Shown here: positions 41,601 through 55,449 of the stretch, piece by piece
Position numbering within the stretch: the stretch's first letter is position 1
How the letters are laid out: each line of letters begins with the position of its first letter
Assembly: GCF_009834535.1 (NCBI RefSeq)
Contig: NC_045697.1
Coordinates: 71,364,001-71,428,000, forward strand
DNA: 64,000 nt
Origin: Camelus ferus
Lineage: Eukaryota
Reading direction: 5' to 3'
Made by a program: the position numbers and the translations under genes
Notes under the pieces: generated by a model
Told to the model about the DNA's origin: nothing
Databases searched by the model: none
Seen by the model: only the letters and a program-made list of their open reading frames with translations

Positions 41601-41977
41601 GATCTAATTTGGGGCCATTCTTGCTACAATCATCAGTTTATTTTCCTGAGGGACCTGTTTTACAGGAACTCTGTAACTCTACTCAAGGGATCTGCCCATC
41701 TTGAGGGACAAAATTGGTTTACTCCTATGCATATTATAGGGTAATACAATTGCAAAAAGTGTTCTGACTCTAGAGGATCTAATTAATGACACAAATTCTG
41801 TTTGGAAGCCCCCCAAATCATTTTAAATTTAAATTTATTACTCAGAATTATCCTGATTCATCACATAGGCCTTAATTTTTACTTAGCCATCCAAAGGGGG
41901 AAAAAAATTATAGCAGACACTTCGTGTTGCTCCTGTGTTGCAGTAGGTCAAGTCAGAGTAGTGCATGACTAACTTAA

Positions 41978-41978
<1 letters not shown>

Positions 41979-42019
<41 letters not shown>

Positions 42020-42027
42020 CGACAACA
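41979..42027. repeat. (CAA)n microsatellite
   Basis: Direct reading; explains the poly-Thr in ORF 41965-42159. Confidence 0.95.
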
Positions 42028-42249
42028 AAAATCCCACCTGGTTCTCTAAAACAGGCTCAGCTAAATTCTGGGAAATGCTTTTATTGCCTGGGTTTTATAA
42101 TCTTGTCCTTGACTTTGAGACATTTTACTAGGAATAATATTGAATTGAGCAGTTTTTAGGGTGGAAAAAGATAATCATAATGCAACTGAAGCTGGTAGAG
42201 TAAGCCATACCAAATCCAACTGCACTGAAAAACAAGAATCCATCATGAA

Positions 42250-43130
42250 GTTACTTTAGTTTGGTGTGGTAGTTTGACGTGGTAGTTTGAGGACAGAAGC
42301 CACATTACAATGGTTTGAGGAGTTACTGGGGAGTTAGAAAGTGAAAATCAAGGGAACTTTCTAAAAATCAAAAAATAAAAATGATTACTTTTTCCAAAAG
42401 TGTGATATGGAAGAAATGTGAGGTACAGAGAAATCTAGAGATGCGAGTTATGGAGATAGAGATGCTGTCCAGTGCCCAAATGAGGGATTAGCCAACTGCA
42501 GGAGAGAACCATGTCTGATCACACGTGAGGAAAGTGGCCTGAAGGATGGATGGTGAGGTAGGCAGGTTGTAGGAAGGATAGATGGAGGAGAAAGGAGATA
42601 TTGTATATCACTGTTCTCTCTCTCAGGTAGGCTTTGAGACTGAAGAAAGTAAAATGATAGAAGTTTTGAAGAATAAATGGAAAATAGATGTTAAGGGGAC
42701 CAGAAGAGAGAAATGAGGGCCCACAGCAGATTTTTCTGAGAAGCTTTAAGTACTATCTTATATTAGAAACTATGAATTTGTAAGGGAACCAACCTGCAGG
42801 ACTGTATAAACCTCTCCAGTAAGACTCAGAAAACAGCTATTGTTTAGAAACAGAGAAAGTGAACTGTTGGATTGATAGAGCTGGAATTACTTTTTTTACA
42901 TGCATGCACTAAAATTCCAAGGGACAAAGAAAATAATCAATTAGATGAGAGTGTATTTAGAGAGATGGGCCAAGGATCTGGGGTGTCAGTGGCCTGGCAT
43001 GGAGAACCTGATGACTCATTTTAAGCAGTTATACTATCTCCGTTAGGCCTCCAGCAGAAATTCCCAGTGACTGAAGGAATGAAGACCTAAAGTGAAGCAG
43101 AATTGAAATATCCTGTATTTGAAAAAATCA
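42250..43130 (-). mobile_element. Degraded L2 fragments
   Basis: ggacagaagccacattacaatggtttgaggag and other purine-rich antisense-L2-like phrases. Confidence 0.4.
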
Positions 43131-43358
43131 AGGAATTTTGAATCTACTACAAAAGGCAGCAATGCATATATTAAGAGCAAGGGGGAGGAGGGAGGGAAGG
43201 AAAAACAGAATTGGTGGAGAGTGACATTTCAGTTAAGGCAAAGAGGCTTGAAGAAGTAATTTGGTAAATTGTATTCTGTGAGACATAAACATTAAAACCC
43301 ATTTTAAAAAACTACAAAGAACTGTGGAGAATAAATTGTTTTACCAACAGTATTTTAA

Positions 43359-43456
43359 TTTTCTGTTTTTTTAATAGAGGTCCTGGGGGTTGAGCCCAGG
43401 ACCTCATGCATGCATTCTAAGCAAGCACTCTACCACTGAGCTATACCTCCTCGCCC
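43359..43456 (-). mobile_element. tRNA-Ala-derived SINE (vic-1-like)
   Basis: ctgggggttgagcccaggacctcatgcatg...gcactctaccactgagctatacc; 18/19 TSD tttaccaa(c/t)agtattttaa at 43340-43358 and 43457-43475. Confidence 0.93.
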
Positions 43457-43999
43457 TTTACCAATAGTATTTTAAAGCATTTTCCCCAAACATTGTAACT
43501 TTTAGAAAGTTAAATAATGTTCCTAGACCTCAGTTTTCCTGTTTAAAAAAAGTTTTGACAATGATACACTCCTTGAAAGTTTTAGGGAGAGGATTAAAAA
43601 TATTGTAGGAAAGTGTCTATCATAATGACAAGAACAAAAACCAATGTTAAATTTGCTATTATCTTTTCCATAATTAATACTCAAATAGTGCTGGTTAAGT
43701 ATCTTAAAAAGCTGTTGGTCCTAAATTAGAAAATATCCAGGATCATCTTTTCAATTTTGTCACCATCAAGAGAACCTTAAATTTTAAGTGTATGATTATT
43801 GATCTGGGAATTATGTAATTAAAAATGTAAATGCCAATAGCAAGAATAATTTAGCTAAATATGGAACTTTGGCTTTGCCTGAAACAAGCAGGAAGTCAAC
43901 CACCCCATGAATCACCACAACTTCTTGTACCTCCCTTCCACTAAGCACAGAGGTTGTGTGATTATGTCAGAGCTTTGGGGGGTGTGGGTTGAGCTGTCA

Positions 44000-44500
44000 T
44001 TTTATAGGCTGAAAACTCCCAAGATGTGCATCCAGCCTCGATCTCATTTCGGACCTGCTTGCTACACTTCTCCACCTGAATGTGTCTGTACATGTATCTG
44101 ACATTGTCCAGAAATAAATTCAAACCCCAAACAGCCTGTATTTCCTATTGCTTTGGGGGCAACAGCATAAATTTAGGAACCCTAAGGTAAAAAAAAAAAA
44201 AAAACCACTTCAATTTAATTTTTTAATATTTTTTCTCTCTCCCAAATATCCAACTACCTAAGACCTCGTAAATGTTTCTCAGTTTGATTTCCCCCTTTCA
44301 TCTCTACCACCAGTACCTTACTCTCCCTCAGAATCTCTCACCTGGACCGTTGCGTATCATTGCATATCACTCCAAGAGCATCAGCTTTAACGCATATCTC
44401 TGGCTGTGTCCTCTCCCTCGCCGCACTGTAAACTTTTCCATTCAGTGTCCTAAGGAAGTGCCTGGTATGGTGAGCACTCAATGAACATCTGTTGAACTAG
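44000..44500 (+). mobile_element. L2 fragments
   Basis: tctccacctgaatgtgtc; gtgcctggtatggtgagcactcaatgaacatctgttgaa tail. Confidence 0.65.
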
Positions 44501-44769
44501 GCAGAATTGAGAGAGAACGGATGGTCTGTCTGTGGAGACTTGAGGGCTGCCATTGCAGATAAAAACCCAGCTTGCCAGGCTGACCTTAGCCTGTATTTTC
44601 AACTTTAGCTTTCATTACTGTAGCTTTCTAATTGGACTTCAGTCAGCGTGTAGCACAGCAGAATGGAATGACCGCTGCCTCTTTCAAAGAATGAGATACA
44701 CTTGGATTGTTGAGCCCACTTGAGCCGGTTCCTGTCTGGGTTCTTGAGAAAACTGTGCCAACCAGACTG

Positions 44770-44890
44770 TTCACTGGAAATGGGGATAATGATAACTACC
44801 TCGTAGTGTGAGGGTGAAGATTTAAGTGAGGTGATACACATAGAACAATTGGCAAAAAAACTAGTGTTCAGTAAATGTTGACTGTTTTCA
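44770..44890 (+). mobile_element. MIR 3' half
   Basis: aaatggggataatgataactacctcgtag...gaagatttaagtgag. Confidence 0.75.
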
Positions 44891-46789
44891 CTCTTACATG
44901 GCCCAGCCCTGTCTCCTCTTCTCTATCTCTCTAAATCCTGTCTACTCTTTCATTTCTTTCTGGATAGGTCATTCCCACCTTTATAATAAAGCCTTTCCTG
45001 TTTGGGATTAAGTTTCCTCTCCCATTGTCTTAATAGATGCTCCAATGATGATATTAGATACTTAATGTAGTAATAATGCTTTACATATTGCTTTATTTAA
45101 AGAAGTATATATTATCGTTTTTATTTGACAAATAACAAAACTGAGAAATAGTGCAGTAAAGTTGCTTGACCAAAGTCACATTAGAAGGAAGGGACAGAAT
45201 GATAGTTTCAGTTCAACCAATGCTATGTCCTTTTCCAAAGCCAAAGAGACAGAATGTTGAATGGGCCAGGCTACTTCTCTTACTAATGTGTGACAAGCTA
45301 CAGGAAGAAAGATACAAGCTGGAGGAGACTGATCAGTTTGTAGGCAGAAATGATGGGAAATGGGGAAGACCCAGGACTTGCTGGGTTGAAATATAAACCA
45401 CCTCTCATCCCCAGTCTCCCAGCTGCTAAAAAATTCTCAATCAAATGAGGCCTGTGGATAAAGCAAATTGTGGATGTGGCTATGCAACCCTTTGCTAAAG
45501 GGAATGGCTAAGCCAGTGCCTAATATATTCTCTTATCTGGAAAAAAGGGGTGTCTAAGAATCTTAAAAGTAGACACCAACACACACTAAGGTAGAAATTT
45601 GGGAGCCATCAGCAAGTAGATAGAATGTCAAGCCACAGAACTGGATGAGATACACAGGGGAAACAATTGTGGAATCAAGGAATAAGAGGAATCAACACAA
45701 CGTGTTACAGCACTTGGGATTTGATAGTAAGCAGGTAAATAGAAGATGACAAACAGTATTGACTTGCCATTGAGGTTTCAGAGGTGCTACTCTAGTTCTG
45801 GGTGATGACAATGAAAATCTGTGGCAAAGGAGAAGTTAGAGGAAAACGTGGGTGTGCGCAAGAAGCCATGAGGCTTGATTCCTTCTTTGAGGCAGTTGAC
45901 GACACCAAGAGCAAAAACAGATTTGGGGGGAATCCCACGCTCTTCTGTTTTCATCCCTTGTTATTTCAAGATTCAGCTGTTTTGCTTTTTCTCTTCTCAA
46001 TGTCTTAGATTCTGTAGAGAAATAGAATAGATTTTAGAAAAAAGCAAGTTCCTACACTATGTCAACCCATAATGAGTTATTTTGAAAGAAAATAAGCCCA
46101 AAGGAGATAGTGATGGGAGAGACGTGAGCTGAGGAAGGCAGGTGGCAGATCTCTCACTCCATCAAGTAACCCCTTAGAGTGAGCTTTTCCAGAGAAGGGG
46201 GAATCTGAAAGCAATGCTGGAAAATATCAGCAAATGGTTTTCTATATGGGACCATATTCTCTCTGCCTGATGCACTTTTTTTTTTTAGACTTAGCATATT
46301 CTCCAGAAACAATGGTATAAACTAAAAAGGGAAGTAGAATAAGATATTGTCTATTCAGCTCTTTTTCTGTTGCTAGAGGAAAAGTTTTTCTGGGGTCACT
46401 GAGAATTCATGTTTCCCACTGTGGTCATTTAAATTCAGTAGCAGAGCAGTTCAGGTAGCCGTGTATCTGTGACACAGTTCTGTACTTAAAATTCTGTGAT
46501 TCCATATCTTTATGCTGAATAGACACTTAAAAATAATCTGAAAATAATAATTATGTGAGAAGATCCATTTTTAACATCTCCTAATTTCAAAGATTTCCAC
46601 AGAATTGCTCCATTTATTGAGAAAATACAAAGATATATTATATGTACATTTAGTAATATATTTATATATTATTATTAATGATACATACATATTTAATTCA
46701 AGTACTTTTATTTACCTGACATAAAATATTTGCCAATTATTTGGATTTGAAGAGCCCTCATGGTTGTCCAGGGAAATTTGGACCTTCAA

Positions 46790-47330
46790 AGAAAAATTAC
46801 GCAGGACAAAATTAAACAGACAAGTTAAGACTTTATTCAAGCTTATTGCAAAAGGGAAGATACTGAACTCCAGTCTGCTGAAACAAAAGGCAGGAGGGAT
46901 TTTAGGAGTTGGGGTATAGAAAAGTACTGATGATGTTGGGAGAGGCTGATACGGTATGTGCTGAGCACTTTGAATGATTCCTGAGTTTGCAAGAGTTTTT
47001 CTTTATGATTGGGCCATCTGTACTTGCTAATGAGTGTCACAAGAGGCTCCTGCCCTCCCACAGAGACTGGGAGATGGGGTGTTGTCTTCCCTGATGATTA
47101 TATTTCAAAGAGATGGCTGTAGGTCCTGGAGAAAGACATTCCTGGGTTGTAAAACTGGCAAGAGGCTGGGTGAAAATTTATATACATTTCAAAGGGGCAG
47201 AGAAAGAATTTTCAGCTACAGATTTTCTAAAGTAAATCATCTAAGGAAGTGAGATCAAAGGCCTATCATCAAGAATAAGCCTATCCAAAGTTTAGTCAGG
47301 CTAAGGGGAACTTTGAGGTCATCTTGGTCA
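46790..47330 (-). mobile_element. MER67-like ERV1 solo LTR
   Basis: Minus strand begins tgaccaagatgacctcaaagttccccttagcctgactaaactttggataggct; minus-strand AATAAA at ~46832-46837. Confidence 0.8.
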
Positions 47331-47477
47331 GTCCCCTGGTTGGAAAACACCAATTTCAAAGCTGCTTAAAAGAAGCCAACTGGACCAGAACCAAAAGTTC
47401 TGAGTGTTAACCCTGGCTCTTCCACAGTTGGCTATAACTCTTGGACAGATTACTTAACCTCTCTATCATTAAAACAA

Positions 47478-47836
47478 ACCTTGTTTTGTGTGTGTGTGTG
47501 TGTGTCTCTGTGTCTGTGTGTCTGTGTGTTTAGGATCTACTCTTGGGAAACTTCAGGTATGCAATACAATACTGTTAACTATTTTTCGTTATGTTAACAT
47601 TGCTGTACATTGGATCACTAGAACTTACTCATCTTGCATAACTGAAACTTTGTGCCCCTGGCCTGTCATCTCTCCAGTTCACTGCCTGTAGTGATAGATG
47701 TGTTGATTAGCTTTATTGTGGCCATTATTTCACTATATATATATATATATAATCAAAACACCAAGTCATATACCTTAAAAATATACAATTTTTATTTGTC
47801 AATTATATCTTAATAAGGTTGAGAAAAAAGAAAAAA
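47478..47836 (+). mobile_element. L1MA-type 3' end with 5' inversion
   Basis: 47687-47836 is the sense terminal 3' UTR with aataa and A-tail; 47478-47686 is the adjacent upstream 3' UTR segment in antisense. Confidence 0.8.
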
Positions 47837-48566
47837 CTCCAAACATCAAATTTAGGCACTGAAATATGAGGCAGTTGAAGGTCTTGGCTGGATGTCTATG
47901 CTCTAGTCCCAGCTCTACCACTAAAGAAGATGTTGGATAAAATAAAGTAGCTGATCTAATGCCAGTTATGTTTGCATGTGGGGATTTTGCTAGCCATTTT
48001 TCAGAATTCACTCCATTAACTTTTATAGCCTTCTCTGTATGGGATGACTCCCTCCTCTAATTTTACTGGCCATAGTCTATTTGTGACTTTGGTAGTGGTC
48101 ATCTAGGACATAGGATGTTCCCCTGATAACTTTATTGATCTCCTTTGTCTCCCTGCTTATGTCTTCTTCTATATCAATTAAGTCCATCTCCCAGGATGCT
48201 CAAATCTCATTCCTCAGTTTAGCGTTATTTGTGAAGACATGGCCTCGAACTTTAGATGAACATAAAATCACCTACAATTTCATTTTTCTATAATTTATAA
48301 TAATTTATAAAGTTTTCTACATCATGATGAATATAAAACAATCACTCATTTCTTTGTTGAACATTATGTGAATGAATAGAATCTTTGGGGCTCTAAAAAT
48401 TCTTTCTACACCTCATGGGTAATGTGCACAAATTTATTGCCTGCTCAGTTCTCCTAACTAAGTCTTCTTGAGGCTCTGCCTTAAAAAAATTTCCCCTTAA
48501 TCTTGTCCAATTTGCTTCTCAGTTTTGACTTTAAACGGAAGAAACCAAAACAAGTTTTTGTATGAC

Positions 48567-48569
<3 letters not shown>

Positions 48570-48611
<42 letters not shown>
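48570..48611. repeat. (TAA)n microsatellite
   Basis: Direct reading. Confidence 0.95.
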
Positions 48612-48613
<2 letters not shown>

Positions 48614-50977
48614 AGAGGTCATAAAAGAGATTAATTTTTCAGTGTAGAGATGGAATGGCTTGTTGTATATAGAGAAAAGGAGACATTGAAAAGGCTTAGT
48701 GTTTCTGCTTTGTGTGACACACTTCTGAGGAAGCTGACTTCATTCCCTCCAAGTGGTCAGCACTGGTCAGCATCACTGAGATGAAGACAAGTGCTCAGTG
48801 GTGACTAGCCCCATCCATCATTCTGTATTTCTCCCTCTTCTCCCCTCTCTTCTTCTTTCGTCATTCCTCTCTTCTACCTCCTCCTCCTCCTTTTTCTTCT
48901 TCTCTCATTTTCCTATACTTGTCTTTTTTTTTTTCACTCAAGGTTTATTTGGGGTTTTAGTTGGTATGACCCTTGAATACTTGGTTGCATTGTTTTTATG
49001 TACCTTTTTCGTTGTGCATTATGTGGCAATGTACATGACCCTGATACTTAGAGTACATTTAATAAGATCCTTTAAAACAGTTATGCACAGAACATGCAAT
49101 ATTGGATGTCTCTCTCTCTGTTTCTCCCACATACATATATCTCATACTAGCATTTTAGAAATTTTAGAGCAGGAGGAGTGCTAAGATAGGCACTTGCTGA
49201 ATAACATCCTCTTTTATTTGATACTTGAAATTCTATTAGAAAATTACTCTTCCATGTTGGGCAATTTTTACTCCAAGTTCTTCCTTTAAACTATCTTAAA
49301 ATTTTATGCATTATTATGAGAAAAATAACCAAAATTAGCTAAGTTACTGCCATGCTGAGACAACAAATGCTGTCTCTGTCAATAAGCAAATTAAATCTGT
49401 GATTAACTGTGTATTAATGGATTATAGTTTCTTCCTTGAGATGATTCCAAGAGATAGAATTCTGTCCTACGTGATTGTGAACATTTCTTATGATGATGAT
49501 ATTGAATGTTTACTGCTTTCAAATAAGTCAATATCTTCTTTAGATTTGGGGAAGGGGACCATTTTCTTGGTTTGCTAACTTCAAGAAGACATGAAATACC
49601 TTGGGTTTGTTTTTCAAGGATAGTTGAGTGTTCTACTTTATAACTAAAATTGATCAAACTTAACTATGGCACCCATCGCCAACATGACAACTTTTGTAAA
49701 AATTAGAGAAGGGAAAGGTGCCTTTCACACTATCAGTATATCCTCCTTTTATAGAGTTACCTATGGCATTTTATATACTTACTAGGAATATATTATTATA
49801 TCATAAATATCTCCTTGGATTGCCTGAAATATACATAACTATGTGATCAACTCCAAACAGTTGTCGTGGAGCACTAGTGATGAATAGGAAAATGAAAAAA
49901 CATTTTATTCTATCTTTGATATAGACAGTACAGTTAGAAAAAGCAAAGAATTCGTTATAAGTCCTGACAGCCAGAAATATTTTGCAAAGACTTTTACTAG
50001 ATTACATTCTAATCCTTTATACAAAGGCAATCAGATTCTTTTTATAACATAGAGTATATTTATATTTACTTCTTACCTATGTTTTCCAAATATATCAAAT
50101 ATATCAACTTAATATCTCCCTCCAGAAAGTTATATCCCATCTTATTAAAGATGAAAAATTTTTTTGTATTAACTGTGATTAGGTGTAGCTGTATTTTTTG
50201 GCTCAACAGGAATTCTATTTCATAACAAATCACAGGGTGACGTAGTTTCATGTTCTGCGGAATTTTGATCTCTTGTTATCATTTACAGTTATTTTTGGTG
50301 TTGCCTAAGGCAAACTTGTTGCCTTGGTAGCACAAAAAATGTACTCTCGTATTCTAGGCCAGAAAAGCTGAAACCCTTTTAGCTTTATACCATGCCTGTT
50401 TCAGTGAGTGTCTCGGGATGAAGATGGCAGATACAGAGTTTTCATGCTCCCATTCCCCATTTCCATAACTATCAAGGCATAGTTCATCAGCCAGGGCAGT
50501 CTATTCCAGAGAGCAAGGCAAAGGATTGTTATTCTTTTTGATATAATTTTTCAGGCAACTATCTCCTATCCTGCAGCATTACATATAAGATGAAGCCCAC
50601 CAGCTTTCCCTTTTCTAGATGTTTTATGAAGAAATTATTTAGAAATAAAATCTAAAAAGAAGCATGACCTATTAGTTTCCTGACTTACAGCTAGTCATTT
50701 ATACGGAGCATTTAAATAAGAGATTATTTGGAAATGAAAGCTTCTTTTAAAGTATGCAGTAGACTGACAGCATAAAAGTGTTATTGAAACAACTTTATAA
50801 CCATATTGTATGGAATATGCTGAAAATTGGATGTCTCTAACTTTCTGTAGTTCTCTATGGCTCAGAATTGATTGATTTTTTTCCCTTCTAACTTTTTATA
50901 ATAGTGAAATTTAAAAAAAATTATACTGTAATTTTTAAAAAAGTTTATTTAAAGTTGGATAAGGTAGGAATGATTAG

Positions 50978-52880
50978 ATTCATTCACTTATTCCACAAAT
51001 ATTTATTGAATGCCTATTAAATGTCTGTCACTGTTCTCAGTTCTCAAGGTAAACTGGGAACAGAAAAGTCAAAGTTCTGCTCCTACAGAGGGAGGATGTG
51101 GACAGACAGAAATGTATAGACAAACATTCATACATGAGTTATATACAGAGTACATAGATTGGATGGTTTGCTGGGTACCTAACTTAGATTAGTGGGTGAG
51201 GGGTGGCTTCTCAAAGAAGCTGATGTTTTACCAGAAACATGAATTACACAAAGGAGTCAGTTTTGTGAAGGTGGGGATGGGAAGAACATTCCATGCAGGC
51301 AGAGCCAACTACAGAATTTGCAAGTCTAGTGCAAAAAGAAAATGTGGGGTCCTTTGTTCTAAATGCAGAAACAAACTACCATGGAAAGGTACTAAAATGT
51401 AAAACTTTCTCATTTCTTCTATGATCTTTGTCTCTACTTGTCCTGGTGTTTTCTATTATGTTAATATTATAAATGTTATTTTAAGCAAGGAAAACTAAAA
51501 TTTCAAATTATTAGCATGAACATTACCATTCATCTTTATATTGTGCAGTGCTAGTTTTAAATGCAAAAATAAGAGCATTTAACTCATAGGTGGCAACACC
51601 GAAATCACACACTTAAATTTCATAGCTTGTACATACATATTTATTTCATTCTTGCCAGAAACATTGTAAAGAGTTGATTCAACTTTTTTCATTTCATTTC
51701 TCCATAGGCACACATTCTGTCAACACTCTCTACCTTGAGCTTACTTACGAGTAAGGAAGGACTAAATGAGAATGAGAGAATGAACTCTGGTTGCCCTTTC
51801 TCTTTCTATATCATCATTTTCAGTGTAGGTGGTTAACTAATACTGGGAAGTTACGTGAACAAGAAAGGTATGTTGGGGCCCTTTGATCATTCAGGTTTCT
51901 TAGAACACCATTGCTTCCTTTCTATACTTGAAGCGAGTTCTGGTTCTCAGTAGAAGATGTGGCCTCTCAGTGCTGCCAGTGCACCTGCGTACTCAGTTCT
52001 GGATGTAGATGCTCACTTTATACTCACTCTGAGTCATGATAAGCTCCTACGCATTGTGGGTCCACCAGAATTCTTTGCTCATGGGGCATTGCAAACACCA
52101 TATGCAGATGAGGTGGTAATGAATGATGGAAATGTTGCATGTATTTTCTCTGCTCACCCACGTGCTCCATTGTTCCAGTGGATTTCACTTATAAAACACA
52201 AGTTAAAAGATGAAATTACTAAAAAAAAATTGAATTGGCAACAGCAGAGCCTAAAACGAAGTGTGGGGCCCTTGTGGATACCAGGGCTCTGTGTAACTGC
52301 ATGAAGCTGGCTCTCTAGGCAGAGCAAGAACTAGCTGTAAGGGCCTTAAAGCAGAAATAATCTGGCACTTTTTGGAATGAGAAAGAAGGCATTTGAAGCT
52401 TGGTTAGGGGGTGGGGAGGAGAATGGAGATGAGGTCAGGGAGGAAGGAAGGAACGAACAGATGACATAGAACTTTGAAGGCCATGCTGAGAAGTCTGATC
52501 TTTATTCTAATTTTGACAGGAAGCTATTGAAATGTTATAAACTAAGAGCAGCATGATCTGATTTACATTTTTAAAGTATCACTCTCATGTGGAAGATGAA
52601 CTCGAGTGTGTGGTGGTTTGAATTATTTTGGAAATAGTGTAGAAGGAGAGAGGTACAAGATTCAGGGGACATTTTAGAAGTTGAATGGACATGGTTGGAC
52701 TGTTGTATAGTGTGAGACAAAGAAAGCAAGAAGAGATAATTAGGGATTTTTTTCTCCTTGCTCAGTGAGGTGAGGAGAACTCATGCTCAGGCAGGTTTGG
52801 TCGTGGAGACGAAAAATCAGTATTTCTCTTTTGGCCAAGGTGAGTCTGGGTTGCCTGCTAAGCCCCTAAGTGATTTTGCC
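50978..52880 (-). mobile_element. L2 split by MER45B
   Basis: ttcattcacttattccacaaatatttattgaatgcctat tail; resumes after 52315 (ggcagagcaag...gaaggccatgctgagaagtctgatctttattct). Confidence 0.8.
51300..52315 (-). mobile_element. Near full-length MER45B non-autonomous hAT (Tip100) DNA transposon
   Basis: Inverted termini cagagccaactac...gaagctggctctc; internal sequence follows the recalled MER45B consensus (ccccatgagcaaagaattctggtggacccacaatgcgtaggag on minus); degenerate 8-bp TSD catgcagg/taggcaga. Confidence 0.88.
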
Positions 52881-55449
52881 AAGTTGGCTATTTAGAATTA
52901 AAGGCCTCGCAGTGGATGAGTAAATAAAAGTAAATTACAACAACATGTAGAGCAAACTTATGGAGAATTATAAGTCATTTACCATTTTTCTCTGTGTGAG
53001 AGGTGCCTGGCTTTTCCTCAGATCCTCGGTTTCAGTGCATAAACTAAGGAGATCACAAATAAGACCTTTCTTTTCTTCCCTCCTCTATATGATGGGTCAC
53101 TGTGCCTTGCTAGGAAGGTCTGTAGGTTCATCCATTAAAGAAGAAACAAAATCTTATTAGTAGCAAATTATAAAGATACTTGGATTCATGAAGGTGGTGT
53201 ACAGTTTTATTTTAATAATTACTAGCAGCTCATATATTAATCCAACAGATATAGCTTCAGATGAGGTTTGAGAGGTTCTTTACTTTTGTTGGGCTTCTCT
53301 ATGCTTTCCATTTTATTTGTCTGCTTTTTGGATCTTATTTAAGTGATCTGAGTCAATGGGTTCAAGCTGACCCTGGGAGGTAACGTTCAGAAGACTAGTA
53401 TCCTGACTTCATCTTTAACTCCTCGTGTATGGTTACTCATGCTTAGTGAGAGTTTGCTTGGACGATTTGGAATCCTCAGGAGTGACTTCTAGAGCAGTAA
53501 CGTACACTTCTTTTATTAGGAACCATCACTTCTCATCTGACAGGATTTATGAAATCTTAGGCAAAAACACTCTTTGTTACCACAGGTGAAGATGTGACAG
53601 AATGTCGGGCTGATGGGGAAGAGCACCCTGTTACACCCCAAATAGCTACCACAGTTATTGACCATCCAGTATATACTAGCAGTTTCTACATGTTGTTTTT
53701 AAAACTTACCACATTTGCTCAGGATAAATCATTTATTTCTCATTTTACAGCTGTGATCAAGTTCAAATAGCTAGTAAATTTGTGTTTTGGAAAGCAAATT
53801 CGTATTGTTAAGTGACAAAATCTATGTTCTTTCCATGATACAACACTGATTCTCCAAAGAAAAACTTACCATTTGAAAGTTTTCTTTTAAAATTCCAAAG
53901 ATCTTGCTTTTGAGTTCGAACTAGAATCACTGGAGTGTTACTTTCATAGACTAATTCAATATCTAATTTTATAGGTGAGAAAAACCAGAGCACAGAGAGG
54001 TTAGCTGACCTGCCCAATATCACACAATAAAAACATTTAATTATAGTAGCTTAGTAGTGTTATATACTAATTATTTAATAAGGTTTGCAGTTTGTCCTGG
54101 TTAATCAGCTGTGAAGTGTCTCACTGATATAAGAAGGGAACAGAAGTTAAGCTTAACTTTTCCCTAAGCCCCTGTGTAAAATACAAAGGTTTCACTTTGC
54201 ATAGTTTAGAGGAATCCTGATAGGAAAATGCAATCATTGATAAGACTAGATTTTGCCATCTTCTACTTAGCCTGATTTTACAGCTTATGATGAATACAGT
54301 TTGGTCGTCTTATTTATGAAAATTGGTTCAAATGTAGCCTCATTATGTTTGTTCTCAAATGGAAGCAAACATCAGAAATTACACATCCAACATGCAAAAG
54401 GCATTTTCTTTTTGAACACAAAACAAGAAAAGGAGACCACAGAACTCTCCTGTAACACAAATTAAACTGATACTATTTACTTGGGACCATCGCAGAATCC
54501 ACAGGGATTTGCATATTCTTTAGCACTGGCAATTAGGTATAATGTTAGCCACTGGGTGAATGAGGCTAGAAAGGAGGGTTTTTCAGATGTTATACAGCTG
54601 AGAATAAAATTAGAATCTGCTTCATTAAGGAAAGTCGTTAAAAAAAAATTACCCTCTCATTTTTTTTTCAGTGTTTTCAAAGATTTCTGAGACCTAGATA
54701 AGTTGTGAACACTATTTCAAAGATTTGTAATAGATGTAAACTCAACAGGATGGAGACTACTTGGTTAGAAAATTAGGAGGAAGAGGCAATATTTTGCAGC
54801 ATTATGAAATTCATCCAGGACCAAAGTGGCCTAATGCAGCTAAGCATAATACAGTTTTAGTGGCTCATGTGAAATATAGTGCTAATTTGTCCAGATCTTA
54901 ATTGGAAAAATCCACTCCTCTGAGAGAAATGATTCTGTTCAAGCCAGAATGCAAGAGGTAGATGGAACAGCAAGTAATGATGCCTGTTCTCTATGCCAAG
55001 AGATTTGCATGAAGACCAAAGAGTAAGTAAAAAATTGGAAGAGAAAAATGTGCTCACACTGCACTCTTCAGTGAATAAAAGTAATACATCTACTTCCGTA
55101 AGGAGAGCTGTGCATGAAGTAGTTGAGACCCCCACTGAGAGTCTGTAAGTAAGCAGTTAGCCAACAGACATATCACAAGAATCTGTGTGTTCACAATAGG
55201 CACGGGGGGGGGGGGGGTACAGTGGTCCACATATGTTTCCTACCTTCAGGGATGCCCAGTGTACTCACAAGTAAAAGATGCTACACTGATAAGCTGCAAA
55301 AGGCTTTTCGATGGTATGACCAACATATCCAGTAATACTTCCCCACTAAATTCCAAATGCAATTTAAAGAGCCACTTTGTATTCAGCTCTGTAATCTCCA
55401 GTGGTTGCTTTTTTGGAAAATGCTCCAGTGAATGTCCAGAGCACATTGT

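Noticed and set aside
42267..42291. Short tandem duplication gtggtagtttga x2 (similar ones near 32811 and 59512)
   Set aside because: Ordinary slippage duplications; no spacer-repeat or array structure
48798..49184. 128-aa membrane-like ORF
   Set aside because: Produced by a pyrimidine-rich low-complexity tract; GTG start; no family motif
53870..53920. Possible 51-nt minus-strand exon with an ATG|GTAAGT donor
   Set aside because: Poor polypyrimidine tract and no partner exons; such signals occur by chance in 64 kb
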